DNA from: Ranitomeya imitator
Lineage: Eukaryota
Length of the DNA: 64,000 bases
Direction: 5' to 3'
Assembly: GCF_032444005.1 (NCBI RefSeq)
Contig: NC_091284.1
Coordinates: 513,422,001-513,486,000, forward strand
A model generated the notes under the pieces. It worked only from the letters and a program-made list of their open reading frames with translations, was not told where the DNA came from and ran no database searches. Positions 1 to 14,100 of the stretch are shown piece after piece (the stretch's first letter is position 1; the number at the start of each line of letters is the position of its first letter). Position numbers and translations under genes: made by a program.

Positions 1-278
1 ACCCGCGGCATAACGTGGTCCGTTACCGCCGGCATTAACCCTGTGTTAACGGTGGCTGGAGGGGAGTATGCGGGCGCCGGGCAGTGACTGCGGGAAGTAA
101 GGAGCGGCCATTTTCGTCCGGACTGTGCCCATTGCAGATTGGTCGTGGCTTTTTTTCCGCGACCAATCAGCGACTTGGATTTCCTTGACAGACAGAGGCC
201 GCGACCAATGAATATCCGTGACAGACAGACAGAAGGACAGAAAGACGGAAGTGAACCTTAGACAATTATATAGTAGAT
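1..278. mobile_element. Partial non-autonomous interspersed repeat, DINE-1/Helentron-like 3' end (tentative)
   Basis: GACA/GACAG microsatellite followed by ...TTAGACAATTATATAGTAGAT end, resembling DINE-type termini. The left end is outside the window; class assigned by resemblance only. Confidence 0.35.
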
Positions 279-284
279 TGTTAT

Positions 285-534
285 TAGTGAGGTGTGCGCG
301 TGCTGGGATAAGGTGTTCTCCGACCATGCTCTGGTGCTAGCAGAGTGCCGTCGGCGTGCTCGAATAATATGTTCAAGCCCCCACGGCTGTTAGACAATCA
401 CTGCACGTGTTGCTGCTGTCTAACAGCCACAAGACGTGCAGTCAAGGGGACTTGAACATATTATTCGAGTGCACTCTGCTAGCACCTGAGCATGGTCGGA
501 GAACAGCTTATCCCAGCGTGCACACATATCACTA
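285..534. mobile_element. Palindromic hAT-like MITE (TAGTGA...TCACTA family)
   Basis: Long imperfect inverted arms (GATAAG-GTGTTCTCCGACCATGCTC...GAGCATGGTCGGAGAACAGCTTATC). Flanks ATTGTTAT/ACTATTAT look like a decayed 8-bp TSD; same family as 35295-35588. Confidence 0.6.
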
Positions 535-622
535 ACTATTATACAGAGACTAATCTGAAATATGGACACATGCCTTTTCTGAATCAAACAACAATATGGA
601 TAGCCAAACAATATAATTATAC

Positions 623-653
623 CTTTCCTACTACTGTTTTGGTGGGTTGACAT
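623..653 (-). CDS. ofd1: OFD1 centriolar/ciliary protein, 31-nt coding exon (MSTHQNSSRK+G)
   Basis: Acceptor ctttttttctcccgcag, donor gtataa. The 31-nt size and phase match the small fifth exon of vertebrate OFD1 as I recall it; continues the frame of the preceding exons. Confidence 0.8.
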
Positions 654-744
654 CTGCGGGAGAAAAAAAGAGAAATAAACAAACAATCATCAAAGCACAG
701 CATGTTGAAAGCAACAATAAAAATACAATAAAAATCAAAATTAC

Positions 745-813
745 CAGAGACTTGTAGATGCTGGATTTGGGGTTGATTTTCAGCAGCTGCATTAAATCTT
801 GGATCGAGAAATC
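745..813 (-). CDS. ofd1: OFD1 69-nt coding exon (DFSIQDLMQLLKINPKSSIYKSL)
   Basis: Acceptor ttttcctatgaag, donor gtaatt. Similar to human [23 protein letters not shown]; phase 0/0. Confidence 0.92.
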
Positions 814-872
814 CTTCATAGGAAAAGGAATGTGGTTTAGATGATGCTCCTTTACAGCGTGCTGCAAACATA

Positions 873-1400
873 CTGTATTTTCGGATTATAAGACGCACTT
901 TTTTTACTCTAAATTTGGGAGGAAAATAGGGTTGCGGCTTATAATCCAGAGTGAGCTCACTGGGGGACGGCGGCGGTGGAGTGGGTCACAGGAGGCAGGG
1001 TTGGTGCTTCAAAAGGTCGGCGGCAGAAGAGACACAATGCCTGGGATCTCAGAAAGTGTTGGCGCCGGATAGAGGAGTCCATGATATCCTTGCGGTGGGC
1101 TATAGGAAAATGGCCGCTGGAGGCGGTGCATGCACAGATTGTCTCCCAAGATCTCAATCTGCTCATGCGCCGCCTCTGGAGGCCATTTTCCGGACCCCAC
1201 CGAAGAGATATCATAAAGAAAATGGACTTTGGTCACCGGCGCCAAAATCTTCTGAGATCCCAGGCTGTGCCGCATTGCCCGGCTCCTGCCACCGCTGGCC
1301 TCCTGAAGCAGTGACCCTGCCTCCTGTAACCCCACTCCACTGCAGCCGCACCCACCGAAGCGTCTTCTGGGCCGGTGCGTCTTATAATCCGCAAATAAGG
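873..1400. mobile_element. Tc1/mariner (Tc2/pogo-like) non-autonomous element
   Basis: TIRs C(T)GTATTTTCGGATTATAAGACGCAC / GTGCGTCTTATAATCCGCAAATAAGG, flanked by TA at 871-872 and 1401-1402; no transposase. Confidence 0.75.
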
Positions 1401-1816
1401 TACTTAATCTTTGTTCATGTCAGGGTAGTGACGTGTGTTTAGCATATAAACTGGGATCAAAACGCATATTTTATGTTTACATGTGGATTTTCTGAGTCTA
1501 ATGCTTGTCTGTGGGGAAAATCCACACAGAAAACGCAGCATACCCACAAGAGAAATTGTCATGTTGTGGATTTCAAACTCTCACCGTGGGTCAGCTTGTG
1601 CTGTATAATATATATATATATATATATATATAAAGCACTGTGGGCGTGCGATTTCGGTAACTTATTTCAGTAATCATCAAAACACTCAATAAAATAGAAA
1701 AAAATCATCCCAGATGCACAACGTGTAGTTTCCAGCATAAGTGATAGGACAATGGCCAGGTGACATTTACCAGTAGATGTATGTCTCTAGGGTTCATCAC
1801 GCCAAATACGACCTAC

Positions 1817-2014
1817 CTTATCTTTCTCCAGACCACACTCTGGATAAAACACAGACAGAGAGAACTCATAGCCACATCTGCTCAGGTGATCGGCCACCAG
1901 ACTGTTGCAGGCCCTGTGCAATAGAGAGTCACCAGAAACCAGAGGAGACTGAAGGGACTGGCCACTGCCGACACGGAGCTTCAGATCTTGGATGAGCTGA
2001 TTTCTAAGTTGTGT
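1817..2014 (-). CDS. ofd1: OFD1 LisH-containing coding exon ([12 protein letters not shown]...[30 protein letters not shown])
   Basis: Manual translation gives 66 codons between acceptor ttttattttcaactag and donor gtaggt; clearly homologous to human [12 protein letters not shown]...[30 protein letters not shown]. Not in the ORF track. Confidence 0.96.
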
Positions 2015-2697
2015 CTAGTTGAAAATAAAAAATGAATAAAAAAAATATGTAATTTGATAGAAACTGGAACATTGATTTCAAGCATTTAGAATATTTAAAA
2101 GGTGGCCACTGATCGGCTGCTTGCCAGAAGTGAAAGCCAGGAGTCCAGCAAGGGACGCCAGCAGCTAAAGGTGGCACCAAATGAGTATGGGCTTTAATTT
2201 ATATTAAAAACAAAAAAGTGTTTTTAAATCGTGGACGACCCCTTTATTCTGTTTTACAGAGTTATGCGATTAAGCATTTTTTTAATCAATGCCCCAATTC
2301 ATCAAACAGCTTCCACCAAACATGTTGCAAACGTCTGTGGCTCTGCTGAGTTGCACAAGTTTTGGGACTTTTGCTGTTTTTACATCAGTCCCAGCCAGGT
2401 CGGCCTTACTTTTTAGTAATGAGCGGAGCTTAGCCATGAGGCTGACAAATTCATCATATGGAAATGTACTCCAATCTGAGATCACAGTACATTGTTTTGC
2501 CGCTGGAACATGCGAATAACTCATTAGGAGACACAAACCTCTTAATGGACTTGACGCATGTTACCCCAGCACTCCCTTCATCCAGCATACAAAATGCCAA
2601 TCCTGATGAATTACGGACATTGTAAGCAACGTTCCAATATACTTTGATGACAAGATTTCAGCCTCTGGATGTAAACCACTGAGAAACACAGAATTAC

Positions 2698-2793
2698 CTT
2701 CAATGAATCCAAAACTCCCTTCTTTTTAAATGTCTGATAAAGTCTTTTCCGCAGTTCTTCTTGGGACAAGGATTTCAGCTCGCCTTGAGACAT
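2698..2793 (-). CDS. ofd1: OFD1 first coding exon (MSQGELKSLSQEELRKRLYQTFKKKGVLDSLK); exon probably starts at acceptor 2815
   Basis: Matches human [24 protein letters not shown]; donor gtaatt at 2697; candidate acceptor caactttttcag 22 nt upstream of the ATG. Confidence 0.93.
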
Positions 2794-3089
2794 TTGGCCA
2801 GAAAAGATGGAGTCTCTGAAAAAGTTGACATGATCTATATTATTGCATATTTACATCTACAGCTAGTCACAATTTACAGCAGCCTGAATCATGTGGTCCA
2901 CCTAACAGTATATACATCTCATCCCTGCTTGTAGCCCAGTGCACGCTCCAAATGCTGACAATCACATGGATGAGAGACTTTGAGGAAGTCAGATTGGGCT
3001 TGTTCGGTGGCATCCCTACTTACTCTGTAATGTGAGGGGTTAATCCCAAATCCCAGAGGCCATTCAGCTTCTGTGTGCACAGAGCAAGG

Positions 3090-4600
3090 ACATAAGGCTT
3101 CAGGAGAACACAAAGCCCATACTATGACTGACAGGGGAGGAGATGTAGGACAAGGCTGCACAGTGGAGAGCTCTATTGGTGACAGTGATACGTTCACATT
3201 CTATTCTATAGCAGAAGGTGTCACGATAATGCAAAAACCATAGCTGAGGGATTTTTGCACATCTGACCATGGTTCTGACACCCCTCTCCCCCCCCATGAA
3301 TACAACAAACCAGCCCTATGGCAGACACTGGGTAACTTGAAGCTAGTGTGTGAGCAGAGTGTGGCTTTAAACTGCAGGTGACCAATCCTGCAAAGCCCAC
3401 CTGTTGTCCCTCCCTTCTCAGTCAGGAATTTCTTTTGTCTCCAGAGTCTAGGAAAGTAAATATCTCTGACCTCAGTGAATATCATTAACCAACACTTTAG
3501 TGATGTCACGAAGCTACAGTTTATACGTATTCTGCAAGGCACCCAGCAGTTAGTCTTACCTGAGGAGCTCTTACTGCCAGCCCTGATGAACTGGGATATT
3601 TGGAGCTCCGCCCACTAGTCTGGTTTTTCCTGAAATGACCTGAGAACATGTGAGTTGTACCTTTTCTCATTTAATCCCTTTATTTTATAATTGCTTGTAC
3701 ATATTTCCATTTGTTCTTATTGTAACATCCTTGTAATATTTTTATAAACACTGCCTGTTCTTTTACGGAGTAAAATATCTAAAATACTAGTTTCGTTCTC
3801 CTGCTCTAAAACGTACCCCAAGTCTTCTGAAGGGAATTACATTTTGGGTTAGCTTCGGACCCGTTAATCGAAGCTGGTGGCAGCATACCTTGGTCTGTGC
3901 CTTTGGGAGTCATTGTAGCGACAGCGGCATTGATAATTATTGTTCCTTCCTGAGTGGGAGTAGTTATATCGCCTCGCTGCAGCGTGCCCAATAGCCAGTA
4001 CATAGCAGGCAGCCTTTCTGGCGACTAATTACCCTAGGTGTAGTACCTAATCTGACCAGAGGGTAAGGGGGCGCCAGGGAGCTGCAAGTTTTCAAGCGGA
4101 ACTGTAAAGCGGGACATACATAAATCCCTGCAGTTCGTGTTATATTGCAGAGCAGTGGGATAACTAAAATAACCCCCTGCGGTAAACTAAGAGGTCAATA
4201 GCCTTGTGTGTGTTTTCATCACAGTGTAGCAGTGGAGGGATAACTAAGATAAGCCCCCTGCACTTGTGATAGCCGTCTGTTGGCCTAAAGTCACCCCGAT
4301 CCGTGACGTAGGGGTGACAGTCACGGTGTGAATCGTGACAGAAGGGTAACCAGTTCAGTGACTGGCACAGGATGGAGGCATCGCTGCAATGGTTGGACAG
4401 GCGGATGAGTCTGGATTCTGCCTTCAGTACAGATTGTAGAGGGGAAAGTTTAGTGAATGTAAAATGGGTTAGTGGCGAGTTACAGTAGCCCCGACAAGAA
4501 TTAATCAAAGTGACAGTAAGAGTTTTAGCCATTTCCGTGGTTACAATGGTTGATTTTGGAAATGTTTCTGAGGTGAGGATGACATGGGTAGCTGATTGAT
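3090..4600 (-). mobile_element. Decayed L2/CR1-clade LINE 3' region, interrupted by the solo LTR
   Basis: Translation TTEMAKTLTVTLINSCRGYCNSPL...LSPLQSVLKAESRLI...LCQSLNWLPF rejoins in frame across the LTR with CYRIECERITVTNRALHCAALSYISS, typical of the L2 RT C-terminus. Confidence 0.65.
3219..4340. mobile_element. Solo LTR (1122 bp) of an LTR retrotransposon
   Basis: Begins TGTCACGAT and ends ATCGTGACA (TG...CA, 9-bp inverted termini); exact 5-bp TSD GAAGG at 3214-3218 and 4341-4345; no internal ORFs. Confidence 0.85.
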
Positions 4601-5121
4601 GCAATTTAGAGTGAAGTAAAGATCAAACTTAAAAGCATTATTCCCACTAAATTAAGGATAAGGGATAACTTAGCAATTGTTGGAAGTCCAACTGCTAGGG
4701 CCTCCAGCATTAAACAAAAAAAAAACAAAACAAAAAAAAAACAGGCTCTGCAGGGTCCAGTCTGGAATAAAGTTTGCAGACTTGTCCACCAGCCACTCAT
4801 TGTCTATAGGAATAGCCGAGCGCTGCACTCCTATTTCCCAGGAGTCCTAAAGACAATGAATGGGGCGGAGGTGGAGCTTGTACAAATCTCTGCAGATCCT
4901 GAGTCTGGTTTGGGGTCATGGGGGTCCTAGAGACTGGACCCCCAGTGATCAGTAAGATTTCCCTTCTCCATGTTACTATTTTGGGAATAACCCTTTTAGC
5001 TCCAGATAGCAGACATGATACCTAGGGGTTGTTGTGGAAATAAAATGATTACGTGGCGATGCTGCTGATACCTATGTTGGGAGTGAATGAGATGTATACT
5101 GTCCTGTATTCCAGTGAAAGG

Positions 5122-8100
5122 TCCTGTACCTGTACAGCGTCCACAAACCGTGCAGACCCCCATAATAGAGGACACTGGCCCGCCTGGAGCACACAGCAGT
5201 GTTCACACCAATTACCTTTACCTGTACAGCGTCCACAAACCGTGCAGACCCACATAACAGAGGACACTCACCTCGCTGGAGCATACAGCAGTGGTCACAC
5301 CACAGGTCTGTACCGATACCGCAGCAATAAACCATGCAGACCACATAACAGAGGACACACACCTCCCTGGGGCATACAGCAGTGTTCTCTCCACAGGTCT
5401 GTGCCTGTACCACAGCCATAAACCTTGCAGACCACATAACAGAGGACAATCACCTCCATGGGGCATACAGCAGTGTTCTCACCACAGGTCTGTACCGGTA
5501 CCGCAGCCATAAACCGTGCAGACAACATATCAGAGGACACTCCCCTCCGTGGGGCATACAACAGTGTTCACACCATAGGTCTGTACCGGTACCGCAGCAA
5601 TAAACCGTGCAGACCACATAACAGAGGACACTCACCTCCCTGGGGCATACAGCAGTGTTCTCACCACAGGTCTGTACCGGTACCGCAGCCAAAAACTGTG
5701 CAGACCACATAACAGAGGACACTCACCTCCCTGGGGCATACAGCAGTGTTCACACCACAGGTTTGTACCGGTACCGCAGCCATAAACCGTGCAGCTCCAC
5801 ATAACAGAGGACACTCACCTCCCTGGGACCTACAGCAGTGTTCTCACCACAGGTCTGTACCGGTACCGCAGCCAAAAACCGTGCAGACCACATAACAGAG
5901 GACACTCACCTCCCTGGAGCATACAGCAGTGTTCTCACCACAGGTCTGTACCGGTACCGCAGTCATAAACCGTGCAGCTCCACATAACAGAGGACACTCA
6001 CCTCCCTGGGGCATACAGCAGTGTTCACAACACAGGTCTGTACCGGTACCACAGCCATAAACCGTGCAGCTCCACATAACAGAGGACACTCACCTCCCTG
6101 GGGCATACAGCAGTGTTCTCACCACTGGTCTGTACCGGTACCTCAGCCATAAACCGTGCAAACCACATAACAGAGGACACTCACCTCCCTGGGGCATACA
6201 GCAGTGTTCTCACCACTGGTCTGTACCGGTACCGCAGCCATAAACCGTGCAGACCACATAACAGAGGACACTCACCCCCCTGGGGCATACAGCAGTGTTC
6301 TCACCACAGGTCTGTACCGGTACCGCAGTCATAAACCGTGCAGCTCCACATAACAGAGGACAGTCACCTCCCTGGAGCATACAGCAGTGTTCACACCACA
6401 GGTCTGTACCGGTACCGCAGCCATAAAACGTGCAGACCACCTAACAGAGGACACTCACCTCCCTGGGGCATACAGCAGTGTTCTCACCACAGTTCTGTAC
6501 CGGTACCGCAGCCATAAACCATGCAAACCACATAACAGAGGAAACTCACCTCCCAGGGGCATACAGCAGTGTTCACACCACAGGTCTGTACCGATACCGC
6601 AGCCATAAACCGTGCAGACCACATAACAGAGGACAATCACCTCCCTGGGGCATACAGCAGTGTTCTCACCATAGGTCTGTACCGATACCGGAGCCATAAA
6701 CCGTGCAGACCACATAACAGAGGACAATCACCTCCCTGGGGCATACAGCAGTGTTCTCACCATAGGTCTGTACCGGTACCGCAGCCATAAACCGTGCGGA
6801 CCACATAACAGAGGACACTCACATCCCTGGGGCATACAGCAGTGTTCTCACCAAAGGTCTGTACCGGTACCTCAACCATAAAACGTGCAGGCCACATAAC
6901 AGAGGACACTCACCTCCCTGGGGCATACAGCAGTGTTCTCACCATAGTTCTGTACCGGTACCGCAGTCATAAACCGTGCAGACCAAATAACAGAGGACAC
7001 TCACCTCCCTGGGGCATACAGCAGTGTTCTCACCACAGTTCTGTACCGGTACCACAGCCATAAACCGTGCAGACCAAATAACAGAGGACACTCACCTCCC
7101 TGGGGCATACAGCAGTGTTCTCACCACAGGTCTGTACCGGTACCACAGCCATAAACCGTGCAGACCACATAACAGAGGACACTCACATCCCTGGGGCATA
7201 CAGCAGTGTTCTCACCACAGGTCTGTACCGGTACCACAGCCATAAACCGTGCAGCTCCACATAACAGAGGACACTCACCTCCCTGGGGCATACAGCAGTG
7301 TTCTCACCACAGGTCTGTACCGGTACCACAGCCATAAACCGTGCAGACCACATAACAGAGGACACTCACCTCCCTGGGGCATACAGCAGTGTTCTCCCCA
7401 CAGGTCTGTACCGGTACCGCAGCCATAAACCGTGCAGCTCCACATAACAGAGGACACTCACCTCCCTGGGGCATACAGCAGTGTTCTCCCCACAGGTCTG
7501 TACCGGTACCGCAGCCATAAACCGTGCAGCTCCACATAACAGAGGACACTCACCTCCCTGGGGCATACAGCAGTGTTCACACCACAGGTCTGTACCGGTA
7601 ACACAGCCATAAACCATGCAGACCACATAACAGAGGACACTCACCTCCCTGGGGCATACAGCAGTGTTCACACCAAAGGTCTGTACCGGTACCTCAGCCA
7701 TAAACCGTGCAGACCACATAACAGAGGACACTCACCTCCCTGGGTCATACAGCAGTGTTCTCACCACAGTTCTGTACCGGTACCGCAGCCATAAACCGTG
7801 CAGACCACATAAAAGAGGACACTCACCTCCCTGGGGCATACAGCAGTGTTCACACCACAGGTCTGTACCGGTACCGCAGCCATAAACTGTGCAGACCACA
7901 TAACAGAGGACACTCACCTCCCGGGGGCATACAGCAGTGTTCTCACCACAGGTCTGTACCGGTACCACAGCCATAAACCGTGCAGACCACATAACAGAGG
8001 ACACTCACCTCCCTGGGGTATACAGCAGTGTTCTCACCACAGGTCTGTACCGGTACCGCAGCCATAAACCGGGTAGACCACATAACAGAGGACACTCACC

Positions 8101-11100
8101 TCCCTGGGGCATACAGCAGTGTTCTCACCACAGGTCTGTACCGGTACCGCGGCCATAAACCGTGCAGACCACATAACAGAGGACACTCACCTCCCTGGGG
8201 CATACAGCAGTGTTCTCACCACAGGTCTGTACCGGTACCGCGGCCATAAACCATGCAGACCACATAACAGAGGACACTCACTTCCCTGGGGCATACAGCA
8301 GTATTCTCACCACAAGTCTGTACCGGTACCACAGCCATAATGCGTGCAGCTCCACATAACAGAGGACACTCACCTCCTTGGGGTATACAGCAGTGTTCTC
8401 ACCACAGGTCTGTACCGGTACCGCAGCCATAAACCGTGTAGACCAAATAACAGAGGACACTCACCTCCCTGGGGCATACAGCAGTGTTCTCACCACAGGT
8501 CTGTACCGGTACCGCGGCCATAAACCGTGCAGACCACATAACAGAGGACACTCACCTCCCTGGGGCATACAGCAGTGTTCTCACCACAGGTCTGTACCGG
8601 TACCGCGGCCATAAACCATGCAGACCACATAACAGAGGACACTCACTTCCCTGGGGCATACAGCAGTATTCTCACCACAAGTCTGTACCGGTACCACAGC
8701 CATAATGCGTGCAGCTCCACATAACAGAGGACACTCACCTCCCTGGGGCATACAGCAGTGTTCTCACCACAGATCTGTACCTGTACCGCGGCATTAAACC
8801 GTGCAGACCACATAACAGAGGACACTCACCTCCCTGGGGCATACAGCAGTGTTCTCACCACAGGTCTGTACCGGTACCGCGGCCATAAACCATGCAGACC
8901 ACATAACAGAGGACAATCACCTCCCTGGGGCATACAGCAGTATTCTCACCACAAGTCTGTACCGGTGCCGCGGCCATAAACCATGCAGACCACATAACAG
9001 AGGACACTCACCTCCCTGGGGCATACAGCAGTGTTCTCACCACAGGTCTGTACCGGTACCGCAGCCATAAACCATGCAGACCACATAACAGAGGACACTC
9101 ACCTCCCTGGGGCATACAGCAGTGTTCACACCACAGGTCTGTACCGGTACCATAGCCATAAACCGTGCAGACCACATAACAGAGGACACTCACCTCCCTG
9201 GGGCAAACAGCAGTGTTCACACCACAGGTCTGTACCGGTACCATAGCCATAAACCGTGCAGACCACATAACAGAGGACACTCACCTCCTTGGGGTATACA
9301 GCAGTGTTCTCACCACAGGTCTGTACCGGTACCGCAGCCATAAACCGTGTAGACCACATAACAGAGGACACTCACCTCCCTGGGGCATACAGCAGTGTTC
9401 TCAACACAGGTCTGTACCGGTACCGCGGCCATAAACCGTGCAGACCACATAACAGAGGACACTCACCTCCCTGGGGCATACAGCAGTGTTCTCACCACAG
9501 GTCTGTACCGGTACCGCGGCCATAAACCATGCAGACCACATAACAGAGGACACTCACTTCCCTGGGGCATACAGCAGTATTCTCACCACAAGTCTGTACC
9601 GGTACCACAGCCATAATGCGTGCAGCTCCACATAACAGAGGACACTCACCTCCCTGGGGCATACAGCAGTGTTCTCACCACAGATCTGTACCTGTACCGC
9701 GGCATTAAACCGTGCAGACCACATAACAGAGGACACTCACCTCCCTGGGGCATACAGCAGTGTTCTCACCACAGGTCTGTACCGGTACCGCGGCCATAAA
9801 CCATGCAGACCACATAACAGAGGACAATCACCTCCCTGGGGCATACAGCAGTATTCTCACCACAAGTCTGTACCGGTGCCGCGGCCATAAACCCTGCAGA
9901 CCACATAACAGAGGACACTCACCTCCCTGGGGCATACAGCAGTGTTCTCACCACAGGTCTGTACCGGTACCGCAGCCATAAACCATGCAGCTCCACATAA
10001 CAGAGGACACTCACCTCCCTGGGGCATACAGCAGTGATCTAACCACAAGTCTGTACCGGTACCGCAGCCATAAACCGTGCAGCTCCACATAACAGAGGAC
10101 ACTCACCTCCCTGGGGCATACAGCAGTGTTCACACCACAGGTCTGTACCGGTACCACAGCCATAAACTGTGCAGCTCCACATAACAGAGGACATTCACCT
10201 CCCTGGGGCATACAGCAGTGTTCACACCACAGGTCTGTACTGGTACCTCAGCCATAAACCGTGCAAACCACATAACAGAGGACACTCACCTCCCTGGGAC
10301 ATACAGCAGTGTTCTCACCACTGGTCTGTACCGGTACCGCAGCCATAAACCGTGCAAACCACATAACAAAGGACATTCACCCCCCTGGGGCATACAGCAG
10401 TGTTCTCACCATAGGTCTGTACCGGTACCGCAGCCATAAACCGTGCGGACCACATAACAGAGGACACTCACATCCCTGGGGCATACAGCAGTGTTCTCAC
10501 CATAGGTCTATACCGATACCTCAACCATAAACCATGCAGGCCATATAACAGAGGACACTCACATCCCTGGGGCATACAGCAGGGTTCTCACCACAGGTCT
10601 GTACCGGTACCGCAGCCATAAACCGTGCGGACCACATAACAGAGGACACTCACCTCCCTGGGGCATACAGCAGTGTTCTCACCATGGGTTGGAACCGGTA
10701 CCACAGTCATAAACCATGCAGCTCCACATAACAGAGGACAGTCACCTCCCTGGGGCATACAGCAGTGTTCACACCACAGGACTGTACCGGTACCGCAGCC
10801 ATAAACCGTGCAGACCACCTAACAGAGGACACTCACCTCCCTGGGGCATACAGCAGTGTTCTCACCATAGGTCTGTACCGGTACCTCAACCATAAACCGT
10901 GCAGGCCACATAACAGAGGACACTCACCTCCCTGGGGCATACAGCAGTGTTCTCACCACAGTTCTGTACCGGTACCGCAGCCATAAACCGTGCAGACCAC
11001 ATAACAGAGGACACTCACCTCCCTGGGGCATACAGCAGTGTTCTCACCACAGGTCTGTACCGGTACCGCAGCCATAAACCGTGCGGACCACATAACAGAG

Positions 11101-14100
11101 GACACTCACCTCCCTGGGGCATACAGCAGTGTTCTCACCACAGGTCTGTACCGGTACCGCAGTCATAAACCATGCAGCTCCACATAACAGAGGACAATCA
11201 CCTCCCTGGGGCATACAGCAGTGTTCACACCACAGCACTGTACCGGTACCGCAGCCATAAACCGTGCAGACCACCTAACAGAGGACACTCACCTCCCTGG
11301 GGCATACAGCAGTGTTCTCACCATAGGTCTGTACCGGTACCTCAACCATAAACCGTGCAGGCCACATAACAGAGGACACTCACCTCCCTGGGGCATACAG
11401 CAGTGTTCTCACCACAGTTCTGTACCGGTACCGCAGCCATAAACCGTGCAGACCACATAACAGAGGACACTCCCCTCCCTGGGGCATACAGCAGTGTTCT
11501 CACCACAGGTCTGTACCGGTACCGCAGCCATAAACCGTGCGGACCACATAACAGAGGACACTCACCTCCCTGGGGCATACAGCAGTGTTCTCACTACAGG
11601 TCTGTACCGGTACCGCAGCCATAAACCGTGCAGGCCACATAACAGAGGACACTCACCTCCCTGGGGCATACAGCAGTGTTCTCACCACAGGTCTGTATCG
11701 GTACCGCAGCCATAAACCGTGCAGACCACATAATAGAGGACACTCACCTCCCTGGTGTATACAGCATTGTTCTCACCACAGGTTTGCACCGGTACCGCAG
11801 CCATAAACCATGCAGCTCCACATAACAGAGGACAGTCACCTCCCTGGGGCATACAGCAGTGTTCACACCACAGGACTGTACCGGTACCGCAGCCATAAAC
11901 CGTGCAGACCACCTAACAGAGGACACTCACCTCCCTGGGGCATACAGCAGTGTTCTCACCATAGGTCTGTACCGGTACCTCAACCATAAACCGTGCAGGC
12001 CACATAACAGAGGACACTCACCTCCCTGGGGCATACAGCAGTGTTCTCACCACAGTTCTGTACCGGTACCGCAGCCATAAACCGTGCAGACCACATAACA
12101 GAGGACACTCACCTCCCTGGGGCATACAGCAGTGTTCTCACCACAGGTCTGTACCGGTACCGCAGCCATAAACCGTGCGGACCACATAACAGAGGACACT
12201 CACCTCCCTGGGGCATACAGCAGTGTTCTCACCACAGGTCTGTACCGGTACCGCAGTCATAAACTGTGCAGCTCCACATAACAGAGGACAGTCACCTCCC
12301 TGGGGCATACAGCAGTGTTCACACCACAGGACTGTACCGGTACCGCAGCCATAAACCGTGCAGACCACCTAACAGAGGACACTCACCTCCCTGGGGCATA
12401 CAGCAGTGTTCTCACCATAGGTCTGTACCGGTACCTCAACCATAAACCGTGCAGGCCACATAACAGAGGACACTCACCTCCCTGGGGCATACAGCAGTGT
12501 TCTCACCACAGGTCTGTACCGGTACCGCAGCCATAAACCGTGCAGACCACATAACAGAGGACACTCACCTCCCTGGGGCATACAGCAGTGTTCTCACCAC
12601 AGGTCTGTACCGGTACCGCAGCCATAAACCGTGCGGACCACATAACAGAGGACACTCACCTCCCTGGGGCATACAGCAGTGTTCTCACTACAGGTCTGTA
12701 CCGGTACCGCAGCCATAAACCGTGCAGGCCACATAACAGAGGACACTCACCTCCCTGGGGCATACAGCAGTGTTCTCACCACAGGTCTGTACCGGTACCG
12801 CAGCCATAAACCGTGCAGACCACATAACAGAGGACACTCACCTCCCTGGGGCATACAGCAGTGTTCTCACCACAGGTCTGCACCGATACCGCAGCCATAA
12901 ATCGTGCGGACCACATAACAGATGACACTCACATCCCTGGGGCATACAGCAGTGTTCTCACCACAGGTCTGTACTGGTACCACAGCCATAAACCGTGCAG
13001 CTCCACATAACAGAGGACACTCACCTCCCTGGCGCATACAGCAGTGTTCTCACCACAGGTCTGTACCGGTACCACAGCCATAAACCGTGCAGACCACATA
13101 ACAGAGGACACTCACCTCCCTGGGGCATACAGCAGTGTTCTCCCCACAGGTCTGTACCGGTACCGCAGCCATAAACCGTGCAGCTCCACATAACAGAGGA
13201 CACTCACCTCCCTGGGGCATACAGCAGTGTTCTCACCACAGGTCTGTACCGGTACCGCAGTCATAAACCGTGCAGCTCCACATAACAGAGGACATTCACC
13301 TCCAAGGGGCATACAGCAGTGTTCACACCACAGGTCTGTACCGGTACCACAGCCATAAACCGTGCAGCTCCACATAACAGAGGACACTCACCTCCCTGGG
13401 GCATACAGCAGTGTTCACACCACAGGTCTGTACCGGTACCTCAGCCATAAACCGTGCAAACCACATAACAGAGGACACTCACCTCCCTGGGGCATACAGC
13501 AGTGTTCTCACCACTGGTCTGTGCCGGTACCGCAGCCATAAACCGTGCAGACCACATAACAGAGGACTCACCCCCCTGGGGCATAGAGCAGTGTTCTCAC
13601 CACAGGTCTGTACCGGTACCGCAGTCATAAACCGTGCACCTCCACATAACAGAGGACACTCACCTCCCTGGGGCATACAGCAGTGTTCACACCACAGGTC
13701 TGTACCGGTACCACAGCCATAAACTGTGCAGCTCCACATAACAGAGGACACTCACCTCCCTGGGGCATACAGCAGTGTTCACACCACAGGTCTGTACTGG
13801 TACCTCAGCCATAAACCGTGCAAACCACATAACAGAGAACACTCACCTCCCTGGGGCATACAGCAGTGTTCTCACCACTGGTCTGTACCGATACCGAAGC
13901 CATAAACCGTGCAGACCACATAACAGAGGACACTCACCCCCCTGGGGCATACAGCAGTGTTCTCACCACAGGTCTGTACCGGTACCGCAGTCATAAACTG
14001 TGCAGCTCCACATAACAGAGGACAGTCACCTCCCTGGGGCATACAGCAGTGTTCACACCACAGGTTTGTACCGGTACCGCAGCCTTAAACCGTGCAGACC

